Assembly (NCBI GenBank): GCA_016212885.1 | Contig: JACRDO010000132.1 | Span: 28,779 to 92,778 of the forward strand | Direction of reading: 5' to 3' | DNA: 64,000 bases | DNA from: Elusimicrobiota bacterium | GTDB taxonomy: Bacteria; Elusimicrobiota; Elusimicrobia; UBA1565 | Part shown: in pieces, positions 1 to 15,000 of the stretch | Layout of the letters: each line of letters starts with the position of its first letter | Position numbering within the stretch: position 1 is the stretch's first letter | Translations under genes and position numbers: made by a program | The notes under the pieces: generated by a model | Told to the model about the DNA's origin: nothing | Databases searched by the model: none | What the model saw: only the letters and a program-made list of their open reading frames with translations

Positions 1-3000
1 GGCGGCCAAGGCGGCGATGACGACAGCGCGCTACAGCTTGGCCGCGGCCGCGCTCAGCGGCAAGGTCTATGCGGTGGGAGGAATGGGCGGCACGCAGAAG
101 GAGAACGAGGAGTACGACCCGGCCGCCAACACCTGGGCCTCGAAGGCTCTGATGACTACGGCCAGGAACAGCCTGGCCGCGGCCGCGGTCGGAGGCAAGG
201 TGTACGCGGTGGGCGGAACGGGCGGCACCGAAAAAGAGAACGAGGAGTACGACCCGAACGTCAACACCTGGGCGTCGAAGACCGCGATGACCACGGCCCG
301 CTCCGGCCTGGCCGCCGCGGCTGTGGGGGGGAAGATCTACGCGGTTGGAGGCTCCGGGCCCTCGGGAGCCAACGAGGAGTACGACCCCGCAACCAACGGC
401 TGGACATCCAAGACCGCGTTGACCATAGCCCGCTCCGGCTTGGCCGCGGCGGCTGTAGGGGGGAAGATTTACGCGGTTGGAGGGACCAACGGAGTCGTCT
501 TGTCCTCCGCCGCGGAGTATGATCCGGGAAGCAATACCTGGTCCGCGAGAGCTCAGATGCCCACGGCCCGTCAGCAGCTGGCTTTGGCGGCGACGGGAGG
601 CAAGCTGTACGCGCTGGGGGGCATAGGCGGCGCGAACAATGAGAACAAGGAGTACGACCCGGGCTTCTCGCAGAAATTCACCGGGCTGACCCCGAACACG
701 CTCTATACCTTCAAGGCCAGGGGCCGCAACGCGAGCGGGGCCGAAACCCCCGAAACTCCGGCGATCTCGACCTATACCTTGGCGCTGGCGCCCGGAGGGC
801 TCGTGGCCGCGTCCTCTTTCACGAATGTCGCCTCTACCGGGGTGCGGGTGAACTGGTCATCTGGGACCCCTGCGGGCTACAATCCAATCGGGACATTGTA
901 CCGGCTCGAGCTGGCCACGGCCGCGAGCTTCACGACCCTGGCGGGGTCTTCCCAGACCTACAACACCTACGCCGGCCTGACGGGGCTGACCCCAAGCACC
1001 AAGCCTTATTTCGCGCGGGTCGAGGCGATCAGCGGCGCAGGCATTCCCACCTCCTGGCTCAGCCTCGGCTCCCTGTCCTCAGGGACCCTGCAGGTCACGA
1101 TCAGCACTTTCGCCGGGACCGCGGGCAACTCCTACGCCATCGCTTGGGGAGACTACGACAACGACGGCAATCCGGACCTGGCCGTCGCGAACTATGGACT
1201 GAACATCCTGCTCCTGCGCAACAACGGAAACGGGACCTTCGCCCAGTCCACCATCCTTGCCACCGCGGGCAACTATACCGGCATTGCTTGGGGGGACACC
1301 GACAACGACGGCCTCCTGGACCTGGCCGTGGCCGTCAACGTGGGGGATGAATTCATCCTGCACAACGACGGCGGCGGGGCGTTCACCCCCAATACCCTGA
1401 CCGGCTCCGGCGGCAATTCCTACGCCGTCGCCTGGGGAGACTATGACAACGACGGCCGCCTGGACCTCGCGGTGGCCAACGACTTGGCCCAGGACGACTA
1501 TGTGGCGCGCAACAACGGCAACGGGACGTTCGCCATCGTCCCACTGACCCAGACGCTCGGCAATTCGAGGGGCATCGCCTGGGGGGATTACAACAACGAC
1601 GGCTACCTGGACCTGGCCATCGGCAACACGGACAAGGATGTCGTCATCGTGCGCAACAACAACGGCGTCAGCTTCTCGACCTTCGCCGTCACGGGCTCCG
1701 GCTTTGCCAATGGCGGCATAGCCTGGGGGGATTACGACAAGGACGGCTATCTGGACCTGGCCTTCGCGCTCAATACCGGCATCGTGGTCCTGCGCAACAA
1801 CGGCGGAGACGGCACGTTCGCCAAGAACACGATCTCGGCCCCCGGCAGCAACGCCGGCGTCGCCTGGACGGATTACAACGGCGACGGCAGGCTGGACCTG
1901 GCGGTCTCCCGCTCGGGCGGCCAGGCCCAGATCCTCCTGCGCAACGACGGCGGGGTGTCCTTTACGACTGTGACCTTCGCGGGGTCAGCGGGGGGCGCGG
2001 TTCGCGGGTTCTCCCTTGGGAACTTCGATTTGAGCGGGGGCCCGGATATCGCCCTGGCCAACGACGGCGGGAGCGACGAACTGCTGCTGCATAACGACGA
2101 CCAATTGGCCCATGCAGCCCCCGGCGCGCCCTCAGCCGGCTTCTCCGCGACGCTCCAGGAGTACAGTCTCTTTTCCAGCTCCGGAATCCTGGCCTTGAGC
2201 TGGGGCAACGGGACCGACGCGGAGACCTCGACAGCTGCTCTCCGGTACCTCCTCCGCATCGGGACCACGGTCGCCGGCAGCAGCACGACCTGCAAGATCC
2301 CGGCCAAGTTCGGGTTGGACGCGGGCGCAAGCGGCGGGTCCTTCCTCTATAGCACCAGGATATCCTCGGCTGCGGCCGGACTGCGCCTCATCCTGCAGAA
2401 GGAGACTACGGTTTATTGGGCCGTGATGACGCAGGACGGCGAGGGCCTGCGCAGCGCCGAGTCGGCCGAGCAGACGGCCTTTCTCGCCGCGCCTGGGCTT
2501 GTGACGGACCTGCGCGTGAGCGCGATCGTCTCCACGGGCCTTGGGGCGTCTTCCATGACCGTGACCCTGCAGTGGACCGCTCCCGGGGACAACGGCTACT
2601 CCGGGGCCATCACGAACGGCGCCTTCGAGATCCGCTGCTCCACGACAGAGGCCATCCTGAGCACCTCCGCCTACGCAGCTGCACAGGTCGCGGTCTCGCT
2701 GGCCACGTCGGTGGTCCCCGGCGCCCTGCAGACCCACAGCATCCCGTACCTGAACGCCGCGGCGACGCATTACTTCGCGCTCACCATGAAGGACGGCTTC
2801 GGGGCGCGTTCGGCCCTCTCCAACCCGGCGACGGCTCAGAGCTACGTCCTCCGGCTTCCAGCCAGCGCAGGGAACCTCTACGGGCTCGCCTGGGGGGATT
2901 ACGACGGCGACGGCCGGCCGGATATGGCCCTCTCGTACTACGGCGGGAGCGTGGTCCTCATGCATAACGACGGCAGCGGCGCCTTCACTCAGACGACCGT

Positions 3001-6000
3001 TCCGGGCACCTCGGGCAGCAATACGGGAGTCGCCTGGGGCGATTTCAACAGCGACGGACGGCTGGACCTCGCGGTGGCCGTGGACGGCTCAGACGAGTAC
3101 GTCCTGCGCAACAACGGCGACGGCACGTTCACCAATGTCCCGGTGACCGGCTCCGGCGGCAGGTCCTACGCGGTCGCCTGGGGGGATTACGACAACGACG
3201 GACTGCTGGACCTCGCGGTGGCCAACGAGACCGCTCAGGACGACCTTATCGCGCGCAACAACGGCAACGGGACCTTCACCCTCGTTCCTTTGACCCAGAC
3301 GATAGGCAACTCGAGGGGCGCGGCTTGGGGCGACTTCAACAACGACGGGTTCCTGGACCTGGCCATCGCCAACACGGATAAAGACGTGGTGCTCGCGCGC
3401 AACCTCGGCAACGGGACGTTCTCTACCGGCACCATCGGGGGCACGGGCGTCTCCACCGCGGCTGCGTGGGGAGACTACAACAACGACAATTATCTGGACC
3501 TGGCCGTGGCCAATTCCGACGGCGTCGCCCTCATGCGCAACAAAGGCGACGGCACGTTCGCCAAAGTCTGGATCGCAGGGACGGCCGGCAACAACGCAGG
3601 GCTCGCCTGGGCGGACTTCAACAACAACGGCTTCCTGGACCTCCTGGTGTCCCGCCCAGGAGGCTCGGCGCAGCTGCTGCTGCGCAACAACGGCGACGGG
3701 ACGTTTACGCAGACGCTTCTGCCCCTGCCCGGGAGCAACGTCGTCAACGTCTCCTGGGGCGATTTCGACGCTGACGGGGATTTGGACATCGCCGCCGGCA
3801 GCCGCGGCTGGATCGACGCGTTCATCTTCCGCAACGACGCGGCCCTGGCCCATAACGCCCCGGCTGCGCCGGTCTCCGGCTTCTCCGCCACGTTCCAGGA
3901 ATACGCCGCTTTTTCGAGCACAGGCGTGCTGACCCTGAGCTGGGGCGACGCCTCCGATGTGGAGACGCCGACCAGCGCGCTCAATTATCTCGTGCGCGCC
4001 GGCACGGTGGTCTCCGGCAGCAGCGCGACGCTCAAGATTCCCTTCAATTACGGCCTCGACGGCGCAGCGGGCGGGGGCTCCTTCCCCTACGGCACGAGGG
4101 TTTCCGCCCTCCAGCGCGGGCTAAAGTTCGCCGGCTTCAGCAAAGGAGCGACCATCTATTGGGCGGTCGCGGCCGAAGACGGAGAGGCCCTGCGCAGCGG
4201 CGAGTCCGCGGAGCAGACGGCGAATCTCACTCCGCCGGCAAGCGTCAACAACCTCGCGGCCGCGCAGGACGCCGCAGTCGAGACCTCCTCGGTTTCCTGG
4301 GTCAGGCTCACCTGGACGGTCCCGGGGGAGAACGGAACGAGCAATCCGCTTCTGCCCGGGGCCCGCTACGACCTCCGCTGGAGCACCGTCGCTCCCGTGG
4401 CCCTGGAGTCCGACTACAACAGGGCCCCGAACCAGAGCCTCATCCCTGCGGACGGGGAGAGCCCGGGCGCGACGCATACCCAGCTCCTAGCGGTGACTGC
4501 GGGCAAGACCTACTACTTCGCGATGACGACGCTGGACAGCTGCAATTCCCGCTCCGGCCTGTCGAACGCCGCGAACATCCCGATGACCGCCTGGCTCCAG
4601 GAAGTCATCACGGATGCGGCGCCGCCCGCGGCGCTCCAGGGCGACACTACGGCGTTCCTCAAGCTCCGCCTCTGGACCAACTTGGGCTCGCTGAGCTGGA
4701 CCAAGCTCCGCGTGCGCAAACTGGGGACCCTGCCGGACGCCGCGGTCAAGAATGTGGCGATCTACGGCGACGCGAATACCAACGGGATCTTCGACTCCGG
4801 GGACACGGCGGCGCTCTACAGCGGCGTGCCGGCCGTGTTCGCCTCCAGCGCCGTCACCCTGGCGGTCCAGACGGTGGGGCAGACGATCAGCAACTCGACC
4901 CGGACATATTTCCTGACCCTGCAGCTCGAGCCCTCCTATCTGCCGCAGGACGGCTCGACGGCGGCGCTCAAGCTCGACGGCGAGGCCTTCAGCGTCATAG
5001 GCGGCGGAGTGCTGGGGACGGACTTCCCGGGACTGCTGCTCGACGGGATAGACGACCGGGTTCGCGCGAGCGACTCGGCGGTCCTCGACCCCCCCAACCA
5101 GATCACGCTCGACGCCTGGGTTCGCACGACGGATCCCGGCCCCAACCGGTCCATCATCACCCATTCAAACGCCTCAGGCACCGACGGCTACCGGCTCTGG
5201 CTCAACGGCTCGACCTGCGGCGCAGGCGTTCCGACGCTCTTCATCGGCCCGAGCGTCCTCTGCGCCAACCGCGGCGGGAGCCCAGTCTCCATCGCAGACG
5301 ACCGCTGGCACCAGGTTTCGGCCGTGTACAGCATCGCCGGAGGACTCGGACAGCTGATGTTCATCGACGGGGAGATGCTCTCCACGGGGCCGGTGACGGG
5401 ATCGATAAGCGACTCCGCAAGCGAGCTCGGGGTCGGAGGCCCCAACAACTACGCCGGGAATTATCTCAACGGGAAGATCGACGAGGCGCGCATCTCGCAG
5501 ACCGCGCGCTACACGTCGTCCTTCATCCCTTGGCGCCGCAGCGACACGGACTACAACACGGTGCTCCAATACCATTTCGACGCGATGGACGGGACCGGCA
5601 CGGTGGTCACGGACGCCGCGGGGCAGGTGACGGGCATCCTGGACGGACAGGCCCGGGGCTACGGGCGGTCCACGGCGACGGTCGTCGTGGACGCGCAGGA
5701 CATGATGATGTCGAGCGCGACCAGCCTCCTGCCGGACACACTCTACCGGAACGCGGTCAACGTCCCGGTGCTGAAATTGCAGCTTTGGGCGAGTCAGGAC
5801 AACGTCATCATCAACCGCCTCTCGGTCGCGCAGACCGGCACAGGCGCATCCGCCGGAGTGGCGAACCTCCGCCTCTACCGCGACAACGGGGACGGATACT
5901 TTCAGCCCACGCTGGACCAAAGCCTCACGCTCGGGCAGGTCTTCTCCGTGAACAAGGCGACCTTCGACCTCCTAGGCGCCACACCGCCCGCGCCCCAGCA

Positions 6001-9000
6001 GGTCTGGTCCTCCACGAAGACCTACTTCGTCGTCTGGGACGTGACCGGCGGCGCGGAGACAGGGAAGAGCCTGGGCCTGGCGATCTCGACCGACGACTTC
6101 GTCCTGGCCGGCGCGACCGACGCCGTTTCGACCGCGGCCTTCCCGCTGCGCGCAAGTACGGTGCCCGTAGTGTCCGCCCGGGTCTACGTGACGCCCGAGA
6201 CCCCGCCGAGCGCTTGGGTCAACGTCTCCTCCCTCGTTTTCATAGGCGACTTCACGCTTGGGAACGTGGACCATTTCTATTATCTATTCGACCAAAACCC
6301 GGGGACCCAAATAAACGGCGGCGGGAGCGAGACGCTCTGGACCATCGGAAAAGCGACGGCTACGGCGACAGCGGACGGCAGCAGCTGGTATTTCCACGTG
6401 CGGGCCTTCGATTATCTGGGCCAGGGCGGGACCCAGACGGACTTCGGGCCGTACTTCGTGGACCGCACGCGGCCGACAGGGGCCTCGTTCGTCCACTTCA
6501 ACTCGACGGGCGGCGCGCTCGGTCAATCCCAGGTCAACGACCTGGCCCAGCCGGTGACGGCCCAGCTCAGCGTGCAGGACTCCGGCGCCGGGCTCAATGT
6601 CGTCGGCCCGGCCCCGCTCGCCCCCAGCCCCGGGACCGTCTCTCTCTGGCGCCTCGACGACACGAGCGGAGCCGTTTGGAAGGACTCCGGCCCCGCGAGC
6701 ATCAGCCTCTCCAGCGTGGGAGTGGTCTCGCGCGGCGCCGGCCGCTTCGGCTCAGGCGTGCTCCTGGCCGGGAGCGGGGATCTGCGCAGCGCCTCGCCTG
6801 CGGGCCTGCCGACAGGCGCCGTGCCCCGCGCCATAGAGGCTTGGATCAACCCGGTTTCGACCCAGGGGACATTGGGCCTCGTGAGCTGGGGCACCTCGGG
6901 CGCCGGCACGCTCATGCGGTTCTCCATGGTCTCCGGGCAGCTGGCCGCGGACATGGGCGGGATCACGGTTTCCGGAGGTCCCGTGCTCAGCACCGGGGTC
7001 TGGCAGCATGCGGCCTTCAGCTACGACGGCAGCGCCGCGCGCCTCTATCTCAACGGCGCGCTCGCAGCCAGCCAGAGCGTCGGCGCCCTGGCGACGGCGC
7101 TGGGGACGCTTTTTATCGGCGCGACCGAGTCCGGGGGGAGGTTCTGGGGCTCGATCGACGAGGTCCGCATCATGAACAGCGCCCTTGCCGATGGGCAGGT
7201 CTATGACGACTGCACCCGCGGCCACCCGTATTTCGTCGCCTTCTCCTCCTCCGCGGGCAGCTCCTGGCAGGTGGTCGTGGCCACGGGCGCAGGCGCGGGG
7301 GCCCGCGTCGGCTTGGACGGCGCCCATGGCTCGACGGGCCCGCAGACCCTCAAAGTCAAGGGGCTGCCCCTGAACGTCTCGACGAGCTCGGCCGCGGGCG
7401 CCCTCGCGACGAACCAGGTCATTTTCTACCAGACCGACAGGGCGGGGAACACGAATATTCTGGGCCCCTACGGCATCCTCGTGGATACGAACCCCCAGGT
7501 CGCTTATTCGACCCCGATCCTGCCCGGCGACGGCATGTATACCGGCGCCCGGCCATGGTTCGAATGGACCGGGCCGAGCACCGCGATCACGGCCGGCATG
7601 GGGGGCGCCAACGGCCTCGGGGGGAGCTTCTACCTGCAGGTCTCCTCGAACGACCCGACCTTCGCGGACCCCAATATCGTGCTCAGCATTTCGACGCCCG
7701 CCATCATGGGCGACAACACCCTGCCGAAGGTCTATGGGGTCTACCTCTCCACCCACTCGCTGGGCGAGGGAGCCACATACTATTGGCGCATACGCTCGAA
7801 GAGCTTCTTGGACGTCCTGGGCCCCTGGGGCCCCTGGAAGAGCTTCGTCGTGGACGCGAGCACGCCCGCCGCGGCCAACTACCGGATGTACAGCGCGACC
7901 GGCGGCGTGGTCCTGGAGGGCCAATACACGGACCTGATGCTGGGCGTGACGGCGCAGACGACGGTCACAGACAACCTGAGCGGCTTCTCAAAGAGCTTCC
8001 GCTTCGACCCTGCCGCCGGCACCGTGGCCCTGTGGCACTTCAGCGAGCGCGACGGCCTCGCGCCGAAGGACGCCAGCGGCAACAACAACACCGCCGCGCT
8101 CCTGGGCATCAGCGGCGGCCCGCCCGGCTACCGGACATCTCCATTCGGCGCAGGCCTTCGCTGCGGCGGATCCCACGTCTTCCGGACGTCGAACGCGCAG
8201 TTCGACTTCCCCGCGAACAGCAACATGACCTTCGAGGCGTGGGTGAACCCGGACGATGTCTCCGGCATCCAGGCCCTGGGCGGAGTGGGCAGCGTCACTT
8301 TCCCCGGGGGCAACTGGCTGCTGCGCATCAGCGACGGGAGGCTCTTCTTCTCGAACAACACCGGATTCATCAACAGTCCGGCCATGATGTCGGCGGGCGT
8401 CTGGCAGCACATCGCGATGACCCTGCGCGGGGCCAGGGTCGCCTTCTACATCAACGGGGTGCAGGTCGCGGCGGGCCTCTCTGGCTCCGGCGGAAACAGC
8501 GGCGGGCCTTCTGTCCAGCCGTTCACCCTGTGCGCCGCGGTCGACAACGACGGGGTCACCTATCAGTCTCCATATTCCGGCATGATCGACGAGGTCCGCG
8601 TCCTGAACTACGCCGCGGATCCGCTGCAGATCGCGGCCGACTACGCCGCGACCCTGTCGGGCATCTACGCCGTCGAGTACTCCACGACAGCTGGCGCGTC
8701 CTGGATCGTCGTGAGCGCCACGGCCCCTGCCTCCGGCTGGGCCCACCTGGAGCTGGGCGGGTCGGAAGGCAGCGTGGGCCCGGAGGCATGGTCCGTGCGC
8801 AACCTGCAGCTGGTGCACTCCACTTCCGCGGCCATCGGCTACCAGGCGACCAACCAGATACGCTTCAGCGTCCCGGACCGCGCGGGGAACACGCGCCTCA
8901 GCGGGCCCTACGCCGCGATCGTCGATACCACGGTCGCGGCCGCGGTCTCGACGCCCTCCTACCCGGCGAACGGCGCCTTCCTCACCCAGCAGCCCAATTT

Positions 9001-12000
9001 CCTCTGGAGCGGGCCGAGCACGAAGACAGCTTCCGGAATGGGCTTGGCGGCCTCCTATTTCCTCGAGGCCGCGGCCGATCCCGCCTTCGCCAGCCCGGTC
9101 ATCTCCATCTCCACGCCCGTGATCATTCAGAGCACCTTCGCGGCCGCGACGTTCGGAGCCTATCTCTCGACTTATACGCTGATGGATGCCACGACGTATT
9201 ATTGGCGGGTCCGCTCGCGCGATTTCCTCGGCCTGCTCTCGCCGCCCCTGAGCGTGTCCAGCTTCGTCACGGACCTGGGGGCGCCCGCGGGCTCCGCCTT
9301 CCGCAGCTTCAATTCGACCGGCGGCGCGACGGCGGAGGACCTCGTCAACAACCTGACCTCGAACGTCACGGCTTACGTCACCTTCCAGGACCCCGGCTCC
9401 GGGCTGAAGGTCTCCCCGGCCGCGGGCGCGATGCCCTTCGGCGTCATCTACTCGACGACCGGGGGCGCAGGCAATTCGGCCTGGGTCGATGGGGGCCGGA
9501 CAGCGGAAGGAGGCCTGCCGGAATCCTGGTGGGACCCCACGGTCGCCACGATCACGGCGCTGGCGACGTTCCAGAGCCGGCTCTACGCGGGCGCGGCGGG
9601 TCCCGGGAGGACGTTCGAATACGACGGGACCCAGTGGTCTCAGTCCGGAACGTTCCCCAGCGACGTCCTGACTCTGAAGGAGTTCCGGGGCAAGCTTTAC
9701 GCCGGGCTGTCCGGGGGCTCGGTCTACTCGTTCGATGGGATAAGCTGGAACTTGGCCGCGTCTCTTCCGGCGGCCCGGGTCAACGCCTTGGCGGAGCATA
9801 ACGGGCGGCTCTACGCCGCGACCGGAGCCGAGGGCCAGATTTTCGCGTTCGACCCGGACGCCGGCGGCTGGTATGAGGTCTTTCGGGCCACTGAGCCGGA
9901 GTTCTTCTCCCTTAAGTCCTACAATGGGCGGCTCTTCGCGGGAGCGGGCCCGGACATCTACTCCTTCGATGGGAGCACCTGGACCGTGACGAACTGGATC
10001 GGAGGGTCGGCCCGCGCCTTCGAGGTCTACCGGGGCCGCCTCTACGCGGGCACGAACATCTCCGGGTATATCTACGCCTATGACGGCAGCGTCTGGACGC
10101 GTCCCTTGGACATCAGCGAGGATTTCAACCGGGCTCTCGGCGTCTTCGGCGGCCGCCTCTACCTCGGCGCCAGCCTGCCGAGCAACGGCCGGATCTACAT
10201 GTACGACGGCAACACCGGCCCCGGCGGGCTGCTCGTCTATACCCTGCCGACCCCGGCCGACTCGATCTACGCCATCGCCAGCTACGGGAACCGGCTCTAC
10301 CTCGGCGGCACGAGCCCCTCCGGCGCGAAGGTCTACGTCTCCACGCCTCTGGCGGTCAGCCTCACGGGCTTAGACGGCGCCAAAACGCCGGAACAACTCA
10401 AGATCACGGGGCTTAATCCGATCCAGTCCGTCAACGCGAACATCTGCAATGGGAACTGGGCCTGCACGGCCACCAACCAGGTCCGCTTCACGGCTGCGGA
10501 CCAAGCGGGCAACATCGGCCAAGCTGGGCCCTTCGCGATCCTGGTCGATCCGTCGCTTTCGCCTCCCACGGCGCTCTATCCGCCTTCCGGCTCATTCGTC
10601 CGCTCCAGCAGCCCCACGTTCGTATGGGCGGAGTCGAGCGCGATGTCGATCCACAACGTGCAGGTCTCCAGCCAGGCGGCTTTCACGAACCTGAGCCTCG
10701 ACAGCATCGCGAACACGCCCGCCTACACTTCTCCGGTTGCGCTTGCGAACGCCACCACCTATTATTGGCAGGTGCGCAGCCGCAGCCCAAGCGGCATCTA
10801 CTCGGCCTTTTCGGCAGTCAACGCCTTCGTCATGGACCTCAGCCGGCCCACGACCTCGGTGTTCCTCCATTTCGGTTCGACCGGAGGCCCTCTCGCAGAG
10901 AGCCAGTTCGGGAATCTGGCCGCAGGGGTGACGGTCGAGATCACTCTCCAGGATATCGTCTCCGGCTTGGACCGCGGGCCGAGGCGCCAGCCGGTGAGCG
11001 GCGCCGCGGCGCTCTATCCCTTCGACGAGGGCTTCGGCATGTACGCCTCGGGTCTCGGCGGGGAATACCGCCTCGCCTTCAGCTCCGGCGCGTCGTGGGC
11101 TCCAGGCCTCATCAGCTCCGCGGTCTTGACCGGCGGAGCGACCTATCTCTACAACGCCTCTCCAAACTACAACCCGGCCTGGCCCGCGGTCGGCCTGCCG
11201 ATCGCGGGCGGGACGAGGACAATCGAGGCCTGGATCTACCCGCTGGACGGGCAAGGAGGCGGCATACTGCATTACAGCGACTTCCGGCTCCACATCAGCG
11301 GCAGCTGCTCCGGCCCCGTTCCCGGCAACAGCTATCTCTGCGTGAATGCAAGCCAGGGGGCCGCGTATACCTTCACCCCCAGCCAATGGCACCACGTCGC
11401 CTACACCTATGCCGGAGGGACGCATACCCTCTACGCCGACGGAATTTTGCTGGGCTCCTTCCAGCAGATGCTCAATACTCCGGGGGCCGGGCCGATCTTC
11501 GTCGGGACAGCGACCGACTGCGGCGCATTCCGCGGCCGCATCGACGAGCTGCGGATTCTCGCCAAGGCGCTCTCGGCCGCGGAGGTGGACTCGGGCTATC
11601 GGCTTTCGGGCGCCTTCCGCGTGTCCTACTCCTCCGACGGGGGCGCCAACTGGACGGTCGTGACCGCCACGGCGCCGGCCTGGGGCCCGCACCTGGTCTT
11701 GAGCGGCCCGCCGGGGAGCACGGCCCCGCAGACCCTGAGGCTCGAGAACTTCTCGCTGGCGCAATCGACGATCCTGGCGACCGGGGCGTACGGCACGAAC
11801 CAGGTGGTCTTCTCGGTCTCGGACCAGGCAGGCAACGAGGCGACGGCAGGCCCCTTCACTGTCCTGGTGCAGACGTCCGTTCCGCAGCCCATATTGACTT
11901 CCCTGACCCCGCGCTCGACGGAGTCCATCTTCGCGACCGCCATCGCGACCGACCCCCTGAGCGGAGTCATGGAATACCGCTTCGAGGCGTCCCCCAACAA

Positions 12001-15000
12001 GACCTTCGCCCCGCCGGTCTCCACCTCTCCATGGGTGGCGGTGTCGACCTATCTTCCCACGGCGCTGCTGGGCTGGGCGTCCGCTTCCTCCTACACCTTC
12101 ACCGGGCTCGCCAGCGCGACGACTTATTACGTCCGCGTCACGGTCCACGACAACTTGTCGAACCTCTCGCCTCCCTCGGATGTGGGGAAAGTGGCGGGTT
12201 TCGCGGTGGACGCCGCCACCTCGACCTACGGGAGCGTGTTCTTCTCCACCAAGAGCGTCGCGCCGGCTTCAGCCCTGCAGAATACCGACGTGGCGATGCT
12301 GAAGTTCATGCTCGCCACGCCCCTCGGCTCCAGCTCACAGTTCTACTCGCTGACCGTGCGCAAGACCGGCACGGCTCCGGATGCGGCGATGCAGAAAGCC
12401 CTCATCGCAATAGACAACAACGGCGACGGGATCTACACCAAGGGCGTGGACGCGGTGCTGGCCGAGGCGCCGTTCACGAACTCGGTGGCGACCCTCAGCC
12501 TGGCCGCGGCCGGCAACTCCGAGAATCTGGGGCCGGCCCTGAAGACGTTCTTCATCGCCTACCGGGTGACGACGGACGCCCAGCCCGGCCTCACCGTGGG
12601 AGTCGACAACATCACGGAGGCGGATTTCGGCCTCCAGTTCCCCTCGCGCGCGGAAGGCCCATTCCCCACCAATGTCCCGCTGATCCCGATCGCCGACGGG
12701 CCCAACGCGCTGACCGTGACGGCCTTCAACCTCGCCCCGGCCGAGGTCCAGCCCAACACCCTGAACGTCGCGCTCCTGCGCCTGAGCGCCGCGACGGACA
12801 CCGGCACGAGCATCATCTCGACCATGACGTGGCGGCTGCAGGCGAGCCAGCCCTTCAACCAGCTCACGGGCCTCACGCTCTGGCGCGACAAGAACGGCAA
12901 CGGGCTCTTCGAGCCGGGCATCGACGAGAGGGTGACCAGCGGCAACGACTCCTTCACGAACGGATACTCGACGATGGCCCTGACCACCCCGGAGATATCT
13001 TCGCGGACGGTGAAGACGTCCGCGGTCAACTACTTCCTGAGCGCGAACGTGAGCGCGAGCGCCCCGCAGGGGACGACCTTCAGGATCGCGCTGTCCACTC
13101 CGCCGGACGTGCGTCTGGAGAACCCGCTCGATACCGTAAGCTTCACGCAGATCCCCATCATCACGAGCAGCTGCACCATCATACAGAACAACATCGTCTG
13201 GATCTCGACCACGGATCTCTCGCCGGGAGCGTACGGCCAGACTTACTTCCAGGGGAACCTCTATTCGGTGCTTCGCGCGACGCTGAGCGTGGACATCGGT
13301 TTCGCGGAGATCAACCAGGTCACGATGGACCGGACCGGCGACGCGCAGCAGGACGACGTCCAGTACGTGGCGGTTTACAGGGACCAGAATCTCGACGGCG
13401 GACCCCTGAACCCGGTGGTGGATGTGTTTCTCGGCTCTGCGATGTTCGATCCTCTTAAGAAGGCCACCATCGATATCACCACGGCGACGGTCGCCGCGGG
13501 CGCGACGACGGTGTTCTTCATCGCCTATCAGATCAACCCCGCAGCCAGCCCCGGCCGCACGCTCGGCGGCTCCATGACGAACTCGAGCTACTTCCATACG
13601 TCCAATCCCGCGAGCGTCGTTTCGTCGGTCACGATGGATGGGAGCTCCCTCTTTGAGATCAAGACGGCCACCGCGCAGATCGAGGCGACGCAGAACCAGA
13701 TGAAGATCCCGCTCGCGCAGTCCGCGGCCCCCGGCGCGATCGACCAGGTGGCCAACGACATCGGGATGCTGCGCGTCGACATGGTTTCCGACCGCAACAA
13801 CTTCAACTGGCTGAGCCTCATCGTGCGGAGCATCGGAACCGCGCTGGATTCCGACGTCCGGAACGTGCGCGTATTCCGGGACGACGGAAACGGCCTCTTC
13901 TCGGCGTCCTCGGACACCGCCATCAGCGACATCTCCCAGACCTTCACCGGGGGCCAGGTCAACATCCCGCTCTCCATCCCGCAGGCCGTCACCGGCTCGA
14001 CGCAGACCTACTTCGTGACGCTCAGCCTCAACCCCTCGGCCGTGCCGGGAAGGACCGTGGGGGTGGTGATCCCCTCGACGGCGAGCTTCAATGTTAGCTC
14101 GCCGAACAAGGTCTCCAGCCAGACCGCGCTCGGGCCGTTCGCGGGCGGCCCGGTGGCGATCAACCAATTCGCGAACACCATCGCGGTCTCTACCCGCGGC
14201 ATCACGCCCCCGCTCGGCGCGGTCCCGGGGGCGAGGAACGTCGGCCTGCTCGATCTGACGCTCAAGACCAATGTCTCGAACGCGGGCTGGGCGGGACTCA
14301 AGATCGACCAGGCCGGGAGCGCGTCGGACTCGGACATCACCGAGGTGAAGGTCTACTACGACCTCAACAACAGCGGCTTCTTCGACCCCGCAAACACCCA
14401 GCAGTATCTCCTGGTCAGCTCCACCGGGCAGCGCTTCGGGCAGGTCCAGGCCGGCAGCGTGGACATCGTCTTCCCGAGCACCCCCTCGCTGGGCCCGGCC
14501 CCGCAGAGGTATTTCGTAGCCGTGGACCTCGCCGACGACGCGACGCCGGGCAAGACGGTGGCCCTGCGCGCCATCAGCAAGGACTACTTCGTTCCGGTGG
14601 CGCCCAACCAATTCGGTCCGGTGAGCTTCAACTCCCAGCCGCCTATGGACCAGGTCGAGATCAAGGCTCCGCCGGCGCTGATGTACGTCCTTGGAACCAG
14701 CTCCGCGCCGGCCGAAGTCGCGCAGGGCACCGCGAACGTCGTGATGGCGGCGCTGAAGGTCTGGATGTCGAGCTACACGGGGCAATGGACCCAGCTCAGC
14801 GTGGACCGCTCCGGCGCGGGCATCGACTCGGACATCAGCGGGGTCAAGCTGTTCTACGACACCAACGGCAACGGCCGGCTCGACGTCATGACGGACGAGC
14901 GGATCAGCACGGCGAGCTTCATCGGGGGCACGGCCGCCCTGATGTTCTCGACCCAGACGATCACGACCAGCTCGAGGACCTACTACCTGACCTACGACCT

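Noticed and set aside
17-19. ATG at nt 17 as the true start codon of the giant protein
   Set aside because: The frame is open back to nt 2, and the first residues (MTTARYSLAAAALSGKVYAVGG) are in phase with the following Kelch repeat units (ALMTTARNSLAAAAVGGKVYAVGG). The gene therefore begins upstream of the window.
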